A stretch of 64,000 bases of DNA, taken from the IMG/VR virus record IMGVR_UViG_3300023202_000247, positions 248,001 through 312,000 of that record; one strand, 5' to 3'. A program made the position numbers and the translations under genes. Within the stretch, counting starts at the first letter, position 1; every line of letters starts with the position of its first letter. The notes below the pieces were generated by a model. That model had not been told where the DNA came from, ran no database searches, and saw only the letters and a program-made list of their open reading frames with translations. Positions 20,800 through 30,990 of this stretch are shown in pieces.

Positions 20800-23700
20800 T
20801 GGCTAATTTGCGTGTCATAAAAGTAGGTGCATCGGACTCCAGAACTATTTTTGCGTCATTTACAGACGATCTTGATCCGTTTCTAACCAAAAGTAATGTG
20901 ACTGTGGAGTCACAAACTGTTGGTGTACCTGATGCTGCGGTTATCTCTCTGGATATCCAAGAAAACATCATGCGTATAACTACGCAACCAATGACACCAA
21001 ATGCAGCGTATTTGCTCAAATTTCAAAGCACAGATGGTTCACCGTTCAGAAATGTAAATGGCACTTCAACACTGTTTCAAGATGGAAAGACAAATGTCTT
21101 TTTCATAAGAGGACCGGAAGAGCCTGAGAACTCTATTAGAAACACTCTCATCACATATCTTTCTCCCAATGAGACTCCATATAACCCAGCGCGTGGAACG
21201 CTCATTCGAACTGTTTTGAATGTTTTGAGCACGAATTTTTCACGTGCATTGTTTGATATTCGTCAAACAAAGAATGAAAGCTATCTCAACGCACGTGTTA
21301 CTGATGAAAGAAAGGTTCGTGGAAGAGGCCCAACGGATCGTTTGAATCAAGAGGGTGCATTTGATGTTATTCGTGTGGGCAAAACTCAAACTGATGCAAC
21401 TATTGATGGAATTTTACAATTTGACAGTTTCCCATTCGATCCGATTACATTGCAGACGGTGTCCATATCAGCGGAAGATTTGGAGGCCGGTGCCGATGGT
21501 GATGCTGGAACTTTTGATCGTTTTGTTTTAACAGTAGATAACGGTCCGATTACCAAGTTAAAATCTCTTCAAATAGAATACTCTGATGGATATGTTTATC
21601 AATATGACATAACTACACTTGGTTATCAGCTAAAAAACCCAAGATATGATACAAAATTTGCTTCAACATTTGTATTGCTTGATGACAATCAGATAAAGAT
21701 AAATGAAGATATTTTAGACGATCCTGGTTTCCCACGCATACCCGTGGCTGGCGATACTATGACTGTATCGTATGAATACAAAAATCTTGGTATTATTGTT
21801 GATGAAGACAGTGTTTCAGTTACAAAGGTTTTGGAGGCCATACGTGAGCCAACACCTGCTTTGCTAAATGTTTTTAGCTTGGAATTTGCACCAGTGGTAA
21901 CAAGTTCTGGCAACGTTGCAACTTCTGGCGGCGTTGAATTTTTAGATCCAAATAGCACCACGCCATTTTTAACAACTCATCCAGCATTTACAAAAGAAAT
22001 ACCATTTAAGCTCGAAGGGTTACCAAAAGCTATTGGTGAATATGCTGTTGATTATGATAACGGTCGTGTATATGTTTACGGAGCAACTTCTGAAAAAGAA
22101 GGAACTGGAAACTATCCGCCTGCGGCAACATATAAATACCGAAAGTCTTTTGTTGCAAATTTAGACTACACGTATGACCCCGAAAGCTTCGAGCTTGTTT
22201 CTAGCCCTTTGCGTGATCTAAGCACACAAACGGCTAATATCAACTATGAATATGAAAATACGTTAGTTCCTGGAACTGATTTTGAGCCAAAAGTTCATAA
22301 AGAAATATTGAATGAAAGAATTGAAAATAGACTTTTAGGAACAAACTCTCTTCAAACCTTGAATGGTCCAATCACAAATGCATTCAAGGTGTTTAATGAA
22401 ACAACCAGCGAAGAGTATGGAATTACTAGGTTTAATGATAATAAGGTTTATTTCACATCAAATAACTCTCCAAAAATTGTTGATAAGACAGCTGAACGTG
22501 TAAACTTTACCAATGTTACAAATGAATCTTTGATTGTCAATAGTGAGTTTAGAAACTCTTCGAATGTTCGCATTCTAGAAATTCAGCTGCTGAACAACAG
22601 GGTAATGTCAATTACGGATGACGTTATAGGAAGCAGCTATAATAGTAGTGTTAGTTTTAGCAGGAGTGGCATATTCGAACAAGAACTATATTATGATTGG
22701 CAGTTATTAACCGTAACTACAAATACTGATAGGTTGACTGTTGGAAAATACCAAGTTGATTACAGAAATGGAATAGTATATGTAGGCGTTTCAGAATCCC
22801 AAAATTTTGACGTTGGAACTGTCAACTATAAAAAACCTGTAATAAATCCAGTCAATCCTCATGTACTTGCTGTAAGTGATATTTATTATAGCACAAATCT
22901 AAACCTTGGTCCGACTTTGAGACTAAACTATATCAGCTTTGGTGAAGATGAAATTACACCATCGTCATTCAACCTTTCAAATGAAAGATTTTTGAACGGT
23001 GATGAAACGATGCAGTATCAAGTTATATCAGATCAAATAACTGTAACTAATGATATACTTGTTCTTCGTCATCTATACGATGCGTATGATTTAAACAACA
23101 ATATTGAGCCGGTTAATTTCGCTGATGTTACAACAACCAGTGGCAATGTAATTACTTTGGACGGAACTGGTGTTCAAAGGCAAGAAACGTTGGTTGTTGG
23201 CGCTGGACTGACGCTGACCACTAGCTTTATAAGTCCTGGAATAAAAATTGGAATGGCGATAAGTGCCATTAGGGTTTCTGATGGTGCAGAGTTGATTGAT
23301 GGTTATGAAACTGTAGTTGACAATACCATTACTTTATCTGGAGCAAGTGGCGCTGCTCCTGGTGATGTTGTAGATTTAATTTACACCGTCATATTGACGG
23401 GTGCTGCTACGCCAGTGGTTGATTATGACCGTGGTGGATATTATATAGACTACACGTATCTTGCAGATGAGATACTGATAACATATGAGTATGGTGACAA
23501 CTCACTAGATTTTAGTCAAAGTTCTAGTGTAGAAGAGGGTGATGAATACTTTGTTACTTACAGATTTGGTGCGCTACGTGATACACTTTTACCAAACTTT
23601 GGAAGTTATACTGGTATTCCAGAGGTGTTGGCTTTTGATACCAACCTCAATAGAGAGCGTTACAGAGATGCATTGATAGGTATTTTACAATCATTTATCA

Positions 23701-26700
23701 ATGGTCCAACGATTCCATCAATGGAAACACTTGTAAGCAGTATAACTAAAATTGAACCAGAGATTTTAGAGAGCATATTTGAGGTATGGTCTCTTGGTAT
23801 CAGCTATCTTTATAGAGAGCCAATTCGTGTCATAGGCGACCCGGCGTTAGTTCCTGGTAAGTTTGACAATGGTTTATTGATTAAAGAAGATGGATATGGA
23901 GTCACATTCCCGGTTTCTAGCAATTTGAGATTGGAAGAAGGAACGCTTGAATTCTGGGTCATTCCTGAGTGGAATGGTTTGGATAATGATGCTACTTTGA
24001 CATTTAGCAATTTAAAGAAAGATGGCTATGCTGTTTCAGCATCAAATATTTTCATCGGATCTGGAAGCTATAATCCAACGCTGTCTGATGGTAAGTTTTC
24101 GATAAACAGAACGGATGAGTTGAGCCCGGTGGGACTTCCATCTAAGATATTTACAGAAACAGGATTTTTTATTTATTATGATAGTGATGTTTCTGAGTGG
24201 AAAGTCTTAGCAAAAGATAAACCAGATGGCTATACATATAGTGGTCAAATTCTTTCCAGTGGAGAGGTTTATCATGTTCGCTCTATAGATGGTTTAACTG
24301 AGCTTGGTGATGTCATCAGATCCGGTGTAGATAAGATTGATTTTTCTTTTAGTATCGATGCGTCTGATGCAAGCAGTCCTGATGGATACAAAACTGGAGA
24401 TGGCTATGTGCCGGGTTACTCATTTGATGGTCTTCAGTTCATGGCAGATGATGTTCACTACTTGTTTGATTTTGCGGATAAATCCGACAAAAATAGGTTC
24501 AGTGTATTTAAAGATGGCCGCGGTTATATAAATTTCAGAGTTTGGGATCGTGGCGGTGGTTACGTTCAAAAAGACACCCGACGTACAGACTACATGGTTA
24601 GCGCCGATATTCAAGATTGGCTTGCTGGACAAAAACATCACGTTGCCGTCTCTTGGTCACTCAACAGCAAAGATCGTAGAGATGAAATGCATCTTTACAT
24701 AGACGGTTTCGAAGTTCCAAACATATTGTTTTATGGAGGTAGGCCGATTGGTACTACATCTGATAGGTTCAGAACTGTAAAGCCTGAAATAGTTGCTGGT
24801 ACTGTTCCAAAAAATGCTGTTACTGGAGATGCTTTGAGTACAACTCAAGGTTCAGCCGTTGTCTCTACCAATGAATTCAATTTTTCTTCTTTGGGCGTAT
24901 CGCCCGGAGATACAATTTTAATATTGGAAACAGGATTTACATCTTATACTATTTTGAGCGTAAGTGGAGGAACATTGACTCTTGATACATCAATGCCTGC
25001 AACGCTTGGAGACGCTAGGTTTAGTGTAAATCCATTTACATCAATTGTTTCAACAAACATGGATATGTTTACCAATGTTGCAGTCTCATACCTGAGAGGT
25101 GGGGAAGAGACGGAACTGCCTGGATTGCGGGCTGAACTACCCGGATATTCCATAAACAGAAATGCATTGAACCAAAATGTATTAACCATTTTGGGTGATG
25201 TTGAAACCGGAGATCAGATTCTCATTCGCACGCTAGGTTTGAATCATCGCAGATGCAGAGAAGATGTATACATATGGGGCAATACGCAGTCCGTATTGAA
25301 AACAGCATTGCCTCCGCCGATAAACTTAGACGAAGTTTCTATCAAGAAGATTGTTTTTCCACTTACATCAATTGGACCAGCAAACTCTTCAATTATCGCT
25401 GGAGAGTTCGTTGCTACTGGTTTGAGCGCAACTCAACCAACAAACTCGACTGAAGGGCGACAGCTTACCGTTAGAGTTACTGGTGGAAATGTAGACTTTA
25501 CAACTCCTACATCAGTAACAATAAATGGTACGACGGCTGGTGGACCAACGAGTGAGACGTTGACGTTCTCATCAGCTGAATCTCAAACTACCACTGAAAA
25601 ATTTCTAACTATTAGTGGTGTTGATGTAACAACTAAGCCGTTGTCAACTTCCAGTGTTGGTTTGGCAGTAGAAATTAAAGAGACTTATAGTATAACTATG
25701 CCAAATGGTAATAGTTCATATCCAGTTATTCGTTTTGCATACAAGACACAGCAAGGTGTTTCTCTGGAGGGCAACGGTGGTGTGGTAGTTAGCGACCCGA
25801 ACGGATTTTTCCCGTTGAGCGAAGTTGGTAATTTGATGGTTATCACTTCGCCGCCGGCTGTCACTGGAACTTATACCATACAAGATAGGCTTGATAATAC
25901 AACGGTTAGAATATCACCAGCACCGGGCGTGGCATTTAGTGGAGCAGCCTATGAGCTTTATAATATAAACATTGGGCGCAGCGGGTTCCAAAACGGATTC
26001 TTTTTCCTCAACGAAGCTGGTACGACAAATGATCCATATCCGTTAAGTGAGGGCTTTTATGAGTTTGATTACCAAGCATACTTGGAAGTTCCATTTGATC
26101 CAATTAACCAAGATGCGTATGTTGGAACAGATTTTACCATGTCTCATCCTTCTAAAGCTGTTATTGATGAATTGAGAATATCAAATTATCAGTTAACAGA
26201 TACGAGAGTTGGTGAGACTCTTAGCGTTAATGAAGAAAGTGTTACCACTAGCTACCAGTCTCTAAATCCATTTGTTAAAAATCAAAATACATTGATGTTG
26301 CTTCATTTTGATGAATATCCTCTAGAAAATGATAGTGATTTTTACAAGTTTGCAAATCGCGAATATGTTCAAAGTGGCACGAGTGTAAATGCTAACTTTG
26401 ATCAATCCATATGTTTTGTTAATAGAGGATTATCATTTGATAATAAGGGGACGCTAACAACACGTAGTGAGGGAACGATAGAATTCTGGGTTAGTCCTCG
26501 ATTTGATACGTATAACGATCCCGTTCCTCGATTCTACTTTGACGCTATAGCTTCGGTATTGGAAGAGGTTGTAAGTACTACGACAGGAATGGTAAAAGTT
26601 TCTGGTAGAATCGGAGAAGTTTTAAGTGTTCGATTGCAGTCTGACGAACAAAATCAGGGCGAGGAATACTTTGATGGCGGCAGTGTTGTTGATGATAGAC

Positions 26701-27479
26701 AAACGATAATATTGAAGCGAGCATTGCCTTATCAAAGAACACCTGTAAAAGTTGCGTATGTTCCAACCGGTGTAAAGGGAGACAGGATTAGTATACTGAA
26801 AGATTCGTCTGGTTTCATTGCATTCAACGTTCGCGCCAACGAACAAGAGTTTCAGGTTAGAACACCTGTGTTTTGGCCACGTGATACGTGGCACAGAGTA
26901 CGTGCCACTTTCAAATTCAATAGACCAGACAATTTGGATCAGATTAGATTGTTTGTTGATGGAGAAGAGCGCGGAATATTAACATTTGGAAGCGGAATTC
27001 TTTTCGGCGGGGGCGCTATTTTTGGACAAACAACCGTTGGAGTTACCAATCAAATCTTGATAACTAATATTGATTTTACGGATACTATGACTAGATATCA
27101 CATTGGTCAAGATTTCACCGGATCGAATGTCGCTGAAGCTAGAATGGATAATTTCCGTCTCAGCAACATATCCAGGGATCCGATTACAATTGCTGGTCAA
27201 CCATTTGATACAAATTACTCTTCCAATAACAATGTAGTATTTCCTGTCATAGAGGATGCTTTTACGACATTTTTGCTCAATTTTGATAGATTGATTGAAA
27301 AAGTTGATGATTTTGCTATATTAAGAGATGAGAACTTTGGTATATTCAACTTCACTTTAAATATCATTGATTCTTTCCGCATACTTCTAGATAACCCGCG
27401 TTCAGAAGAAATATTGCGTTCAGCTATAAATAGGTTGAAACCAGCAAATGCAAAGGTCGAAATCAACATAGTTAGATAA
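20799..27479 (+). CDS. Very large baseplate/tail-associated protein with LamG (concanavalin A-like) domains
   Basis: 2226 aa. Two EGT(L/I)EFWV motifs, plus HHVAVSW/LYIDG, WHRVRATF/LFVDG and IDELRIS/MDNFRLS LamG-type strands. It ends in RLKPANAKV, reminiscent of wedge-protein termini. Confidence 0.6.
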   Translation: MANLRVIKVGASDSRTIFASFTDDLDPFLTKSNVTVESQTVGVPDAAVISLDIQENIMRITTQPMTPNAAYLLKFQSTDGSPFRNVNGTSTLFQDGKTNVFFIRGPEEPENSIRNTLITYLSPNETPYNPARGTLIRTVLNVLSTNFSRALFDIRQTKNESYLNARVTDERKVRGRGPTDRLNQEGAFDVIRVGKTQTDATIDGILQFDSFPFDPITLQTVSISAEDLEAGADGDAGTFDRFVLTVDNGPITKLKSLQIEYSDGYVYQYDITTLGYQLKNPRYDTKFASTFVLLDDNQIKINEDILDDPGFPRIPVAGDTMTVSYEYKNLGIIVDEDSVSVTKVLEAIREPTPALLNVFSLEFAPVVTSSGNVATSGGVEFLDPNSTTPFLTTHPAFTKEIPFKLEGLPKAIGEYAVDYDNGRVYVYGATSEKEGTGNYPPAATYKYRKSFVANLDYTYDPESFELVSSPLRDLSTQTANINYEYENTLVPGTDFEPKVHKEILNERIENRLLGTNSLQTLNGPITNAFKVFNETTSEEYGITRFNDNKVYFTSNNSPKIVDKTAERVNFTNVTNESLIVNSEFRNSSNVRILEIQLLNNRVMSITDDVIGSSYNSSVSFSRSGIFEQELYYDWQLLTVTTNTDRLTVGKYQVDYRNGIVYVGVSESQNFDVGTVNYKKPVINPVNPHVLAVSDIYYSTNLNLGPTLRLNYISFGEDEITPSSFNLSNERFLNGDETMQYQVISDQITVTNDILVLRHLYDAYDLNNNIEPVNFADVTTTSGNVITLDGTGVQRQETLVVGAGLTLTTSFISPGIKIGMAISAIRVSDGAELIDGYETVVDNTITLSGASGAAPGDVVDLIYTVILTGAATPVVDYDRGGYYIDYTYLADEILITYEYGDNSLDFSQSSSVEEGDEYFVTYRFGALRDTLLPNFGSYTGIPEVLAFDTNLNRERYRDALIGILQSFINGPTIPSMETLVSSITKIEPEILESIFEVWSLGISYLYREPIRVIGDPALVPGKFDNGLLIKEDGYGVTFPVSSNLRLEEGTLEFWVIPEWNGLDNDATLTFSNLKKDGYAVSASNIFIGSGSYNPTLSDGKFSINRTDELSPVGLPSKIFTETGFFIYYDSDVSEWKVLAKDKPDGYTYSGQILSSGEVYHVRSIDGLTELGDVIRSGVDKIDFSFSIDASDASSPDGYKTGDGYVPGYSFDGLQFMADDVHYLFDFADKSDKNRFSVFKDGRGYINFRVWDRGGGYVQKDTRRTDYMVSADIQDWLAGQKHHVAVSWSLNSKDRRDEMHLYIDGFEVPNILFYGGRPIGTTSDRFRTVKPEIVAGTVPKNAVTGDALSTTQGSAVVSTNEFNFSSLGVSPGDTILILETGFTSYTILSVSGGTLTLDTSMPATLGDARFSVNPFTSIVSTNMDMFTNVAVSYLRGGEETELPGLRAELPGYSINRNALNQNVLTILGDVETGDQILIRTLGLNHRRCREDVYIWGNTQSVLKTALPPPINLDEVSIKKIVFPLTSIGPANSSIIAGEFVATGLSATQPTNSTEGRQLTVRVTGGNVDFTTPTSVTINGTTAGGPTSETLTFSSAESQTTTEKFLTISGVDVTTKPLSTSSVGLAVEIKETYSITMPNGNSSYPVIRFAYKTQQGVSLEGNGGVVVSDPNGFFPLSEVGNLMVITSPPAVTGTYTIQDRLDNTTVRISPAPGVAFSGAAYELYNINIGRSGFQNGFFFLNEAGTTNDPYPLSEGFYEFDYQAYLEVPFDPINQDAYVGTDFTMSHPSKAVIDELRISNYQLTDTRVGETLSVNEESVTTSYQSLNPFVKNQNTLMLLHFDEYPLENDSDFYKFANREYVQSGTSVNANFDQSICFVNRGLSFDNKGTLTTRSEGTIEFWVSPRFDTYNDPVPRFYFDAIASVLEEVVSTTTGMVKVSGRIGEVLSVRLQSDEQNQGEEYFDGGSVVDDRQTIILKRALPYQRTPVKVAYVPTGVKGDRISILKDSSGFIAFNVRANEQEFQVRTPVFWPRDTWHRVRATFKFNRPDNLDQIRLFVDGEERGILTFGSGILFGGGAIFGQTTVGVTNQILITNIDFTDTMTRYHIGQDFTGSNVAEARMDNFRLSNISRDPITIAGQPFDTNYSSNNNVVFPVIEDAFTTFLLNFDRLIEKVDDFAILRDENFGIFNFTLNIIDSFRILLDNPRSEEILRSAINRLKPANAKVEINIVR

Positions 27480-27481
27480 TT

Positions 27482-30406
27482 ATGACTAAAAGAATACCAG
27501 TATCAACAACAGAAGTTTTGTGGCACGATGCTCAGCGCGTTGATCGCGGTGACATGAATACCGAGCAACTAAGCAAAAACCAAAATGACGCATCTATAAT
27601 CAATAATCATTTTGGCTCAGGGGTATTGCCTTCAACTCCCATACAAACAGTTTTATTCGATTCTGATAATTTAAGCCAAATTCAAGCAGCAACTCTTGCC
27701 GCTGGTGATTTTGATGGTACCGGCTTTCAACCGGCCCAACAGCCAAGTGATAACAGTCTTGGCAATCAGCTAGAGGTTGAGCTTACGGGAAGTAGTGTTT
27801 TTGGAAGGCTTAGTGTAAAAGTTTTAATAGTTGGTGTAGACTTTGATGGTAATCCCCAATATGATAGATTTGTTTTTCATAGAAATGAAAAGCAAGTTAC
27901 TGGAAAACACTATGCAAGAATTTTAGGATTGTTTTTCAATGACTTTAAAGGAAACAATAATTGTTCTCGTAATCAAGGTGGTCGAATAGTCATTCGTGAA
28001 GCTGCAAGTTTTCAGCTGAGCAGAGACCCGATAATGGTAGCTCAAGATGTGGAGCCAAACCTTTTCTTTAGAGATTTCAAGGTTCCGAATCCATCGGTAA
28101 CGTTGTATAATACCATTCAAACTGGTATAGGTTCTGAATACAGTGTTGACTCTCTTGATATAAATACTACAGTTAAAGTAAATAGAATTTTATCAGCTGG
28201 AGATGTAACAACTAAAATTGGACAAAAATTTCAAGCTGTTACAAACAACATTCAAAAAATCACGCTGTTGTTGGGTGCTCAAAGAGATGATGCTGCTAGT
28301 GTAGAAAACCGTTATAATTGGGCCGGGCAGCTTGTAATTAGTGTTTATGAGTTACAAACCAGTGTTAGTTGTCCAACAGATATAAGCCCAGAGTTACAAA
28401 TAGAATTTGATCCAACTGCAAACCCAATTGCACAGATAAGTGTAAGTCAATCGGAGTTACGTGCACTTGGGTATGTTTTAACTGATGTTCTACAACCAGT
28501 AGATTTCGTTTTCAGTGATACGCAACTGGGTTCAACAACAAATCCGATAATAGTTCCAAATAGATATTACGCTGTTACCATAAACCGAGCCGGGGCGGCA
28601 TCATCGGGAGCGGTATTTACCGGTGTTGGAAACGATGTATTAGACAATAGTAGACTTACGACATATTCTGGTACATGGGTTGATGTTGTTGAAGAAGATA
28701 TGTGGTTCCAGGTTTGGGATGACGCTGCTAAGGTGGCTGATGGTCAAGCTTATGATTGTGGTAATGGTATGGAAATTTCCAAGACCATTGAAAACGATCT
28801 TGGTGCCGAGATAGATTATTCGTTTGATGATAACGCTTTTGTTGATAGCGGTGAAGGCATCTTAAATATAGCAGTTGTTGAGGCTATACAAGAAGAAAGT
28901 GTTGAAGAGCAAGACGAACGTACTGGAAATCCAGTTAACTCTAGGCAAAAATTCGAACCAAGCTTTAGCTTTGTAACTGAGTCTGGTTTAGCTACGTTGC
29001 GAGAAACCACCGAACCGTTGATTATCGGGTGTGGTGAAGACATCAATCCAAAGCAAAATACTGATTTGGAAAAGATGCAACTTTTGCCAGGTCTTGCAAA
29101 GGGAGATACGTTTACAGTAGTTAATCCTGATGCTGATTTATTGTCTAACAACTTGGTTGGAAGCAAGCTCATTCCGAACAACGGCTGTGCTGCAAAAGAA
29201 TACAGGATATTCAAAGTCATATCTTGTACGGATGGATATGGTGATGTAAATGGTGATGGATACATTAACGACGCAGATATATCTAGAGTGGCAGAGCTTA
29301 TTGGAGAAAGCGTATATTCAGCATCAACTCAACAAAAGATAGTTGACGGTTACATCAGCACACTAGAGTTGTTGAGGGCCGATGTAGATGGTGATGGATA
29401 CATTACATCAACAGATGTATCTTTGATTACACAATATGTAAATAGAGATATCAATGCGTTTCCAGTTGGTTCTACGTTCCAACACATGGATATTCGTGTC
29501 CAGCAATCAATTGGAAGAAATGATGGTTATTTTGATTGTGATGGATACATAAGACTTGACGGTTATCTTGGTCAAAATATCGTTTCGCCAAGCTCTTTGG
29601 ATCCATATGAGTTGATTTATGATGGATACATAACTACACCAAGTATCGACGGTGATGATCCTATATTTAGCACAGTGCCATTTCCAGGTGTAACATATGA
29701 AATTCTAGCACAACCATTTTGGCAAGATTACTTTTTGCCGTTTAGTAGTGATGTTCGAGTTGTACCAGCGGCGTTTACGTTTGACGAATCAGTTGTGATA
29801 CCAGACTGCTCTCCACCCTCATTCTTCTCTTGTTTTGACAGGGCGAGTGTGGATCTGGACTGTGAGCCTGGACGAAATGACATTCTCATACCAGACAATT
29901 TGATAATGCGTCGAGGGCAAATTCTCAACCCTGATGGAACACATTACAAAGTCGATTTCGAGTTAAAGACAATAATATTGCAATTGCCAGAAGTACCATT
30001 TGAAGAGCAGAGTATAAATGTGTTTGGCAAGTTGGTTGCTGATGCTGGTGACGGCAGAACGTCCGCCGGTTATGATGCTGCAAGATTTGCCGACTGTACG
30101 ACGGTAAAACCTGATGCATTAGCAAAAAATCAGGTAAGGTTTGGCGTCTCGGTTCAAGCTTTCGTACCGAATCTTGATGGATACGATTCGGATGGGTATG
30201 GTGTTATCGTAGATGACATAATCGGCGTTTACATGGATCAGGTAAATGGAATTTTGACACTGTCAATTCAAGATTTAGAAGTTGATGATATTTACAGAAC
30301 TCTTGTTACAAAGATTGAAATTCAAGTATTTTTGAAAAAGGCTGGCTGGAATAACAGCGTGCTCACCATCGAGCCGAGCCAGGTGCCTGGATTGTTGAGT
30401 ACATAG
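27482..30406 (+). CDS. Putative virion protein with dockerin-like double EF-hand module
   Basis: 974 aa, containing GDVNGDGYINDAD...RADVDGDGYITSTDVSLITQYVNRDINAFP at 29240-29464. Confidence 0.55.
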   Translation: MTKRIPVSTTEVLWHDAQRVDRGDMNTEQLSKNQNDASIINNHFGSGVLPSTPIQTVLFDSDNLSQIQAATLAAGDFDGTGFQPAQQPSDNSLGNQLEVELTGSSVFGRLSVKVLIVGVDFDGNPQYDRFVFHRNEKQVTGKHYARILGLFFNDFKGNNNCSRNQGGRIVIREAASFQLSRDPIMVAQDVEPNLFFRDFKVPNPSVTLYNTIQTGIGSEYSVDSLDINTTVKVNRILSAGDVTTKIGQKFQAVTNNIQKITLLLGAQRDDAASVENRYNWAGQLVISVYELQTSVSCPTDISPELQIEFDPTANPIAQISVSQSELRALGYVLTDVLQPVDFVFSDTQLGSTTNPIIVPNRYYAVTINRAGAASSGAVFTGVGNDVLDNSRLTTYSGTWVDVVEEDMWFQVWDDAAKVADGQAYDCGNGMEISKTIENDLGAEIDYSFDDNAFVDSGEGILNIAVVEAIQEESVEEQDERTGNPVNSRQKFEPSFSFVTESGLATLRETTEPLIIGCGEDINPKQNTDLEKMQLLPGLAKGDTFTVVNPDADLLSNNLVGSKLIPNNGCAAKEYRIFKVISCTDGYGDVNGDGYINDADISRVAELIGESVYSASTQQKIVDGYISTLELLRADVDGDGYITSTDVSLITQYVNRDINAFPVGSTFQHMDIRVQQSIGRNDGYFDCDGYIRLDGYLGQNIVSPSSLDPYELIYDGYITTPSIDGDDPIFSTVPFPGVTYEILAQPFWQDYFLPFSSDVRVVPAAFTFDESVVIPDCSPPSFFSCFDRASVDLDCEPGRNDILIPDNLIMRRGQILNPDGTHYKVDFELKTIILQLPEVPFEEQSINVFGKLVADAGDGRTSAGYDAARFADCTTVKPDALAKNQVRFGVSVQAFVPNLDGYDSDGYGVIVDDIIGVYMDQVNGILTLSIQDLEVDDIYRTLVTKIEIQVFLKKAGWNNSVLTIEPSQVPGLLST

Positions 30407-30966
30407 TGGCAATGATATCAATACCGGTTTCTAGCGATGTTGGAAAATTGTTTAGAGGATTGGATGTTCCCGGTAATCGGGATCCATCTGATCACATCAC
30501 GATGTTCTATTTTGACAAAGAGCTTCCGATAAAAAAGTTAGTAAAAGCAGTATCAATAATTTATGAAGTTTTATTGGAACAAGAGCCATTTTCTGTTTGT
30601 ACCAAAAAAGTAAAATCTTTTCCAAAAGGAAAAGATGGGTATCCAATCATAGTAGAAATAGACTCTAAAGAGCTGGTAAAATTAAGAAACAAAATGGCAA
30701 AAGCTTTAGATGCTAACAAAATTAGATACTCTAAAAAGTTTCCTGTATATTCTCCACATTTAACTTTGAGCTATAGTAAAGAAGACATCAAAAGTTTTGA
30801 TTTAGATGTTAGCTGGCTCGTTAATGAAATTAAACTATATGGTGGCGATAGATACCGTGAAAGATTGTTGGTTAGTTTTCCCTTGATAATAAAAAGTATG
30901 GAAAAAAAGGCAGCATATGCAAATATGTTAGCTGACATTTGGATTAATGAAATCAATCGAGTTTGA
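30406..30966 (+). CDS. 2H phosphoesterase (2'-5' RNA ligase/Acb1-like superfamily)
   Basis: Two HxT motifs (DHITMFY and PHLTLSY) about 90 aa apart, in a 186-aa protein. Confidence 0.75.
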   Translation: MAMISIPVSSDVGKLFRGLDVPGNRDPSDHITMFYFDKELPIKKLVKAVSIIYEVLLEQEPFSVCTKKVKSFPKGKDGYPIIVEIDSKELVKLRNKMAKALDANKIRYSKKFPVYSPHLTLSYSKEDIKSFDLDVSWLVNEIKLYGGDRYRERLLVSFPLIIKSMEKKAAYANMLADIWINEINRV

Positions 30967-30971
30967 CTTGC

Positions 30972-30980
30972 TGTTATATA
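30972..30980 (+). promoter_or_regulatory. Putative extended -10 promoter TGTTATATA at the head of the glycan locus
   Basis: Motif copy 10 nt before ATG 30991. Confidence 0.45.
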
Positions 30981-30990
30981 TTTCATGTAA

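Noticed and set aside
1-30406. Extracellular contractile injection system or tailocin
   Set aside because: It is contiguous with DnaB, a loader, a sigma factor, an RNR, homing endonucleases and phage-style tail chaperones, which fits a replicating phage genome.
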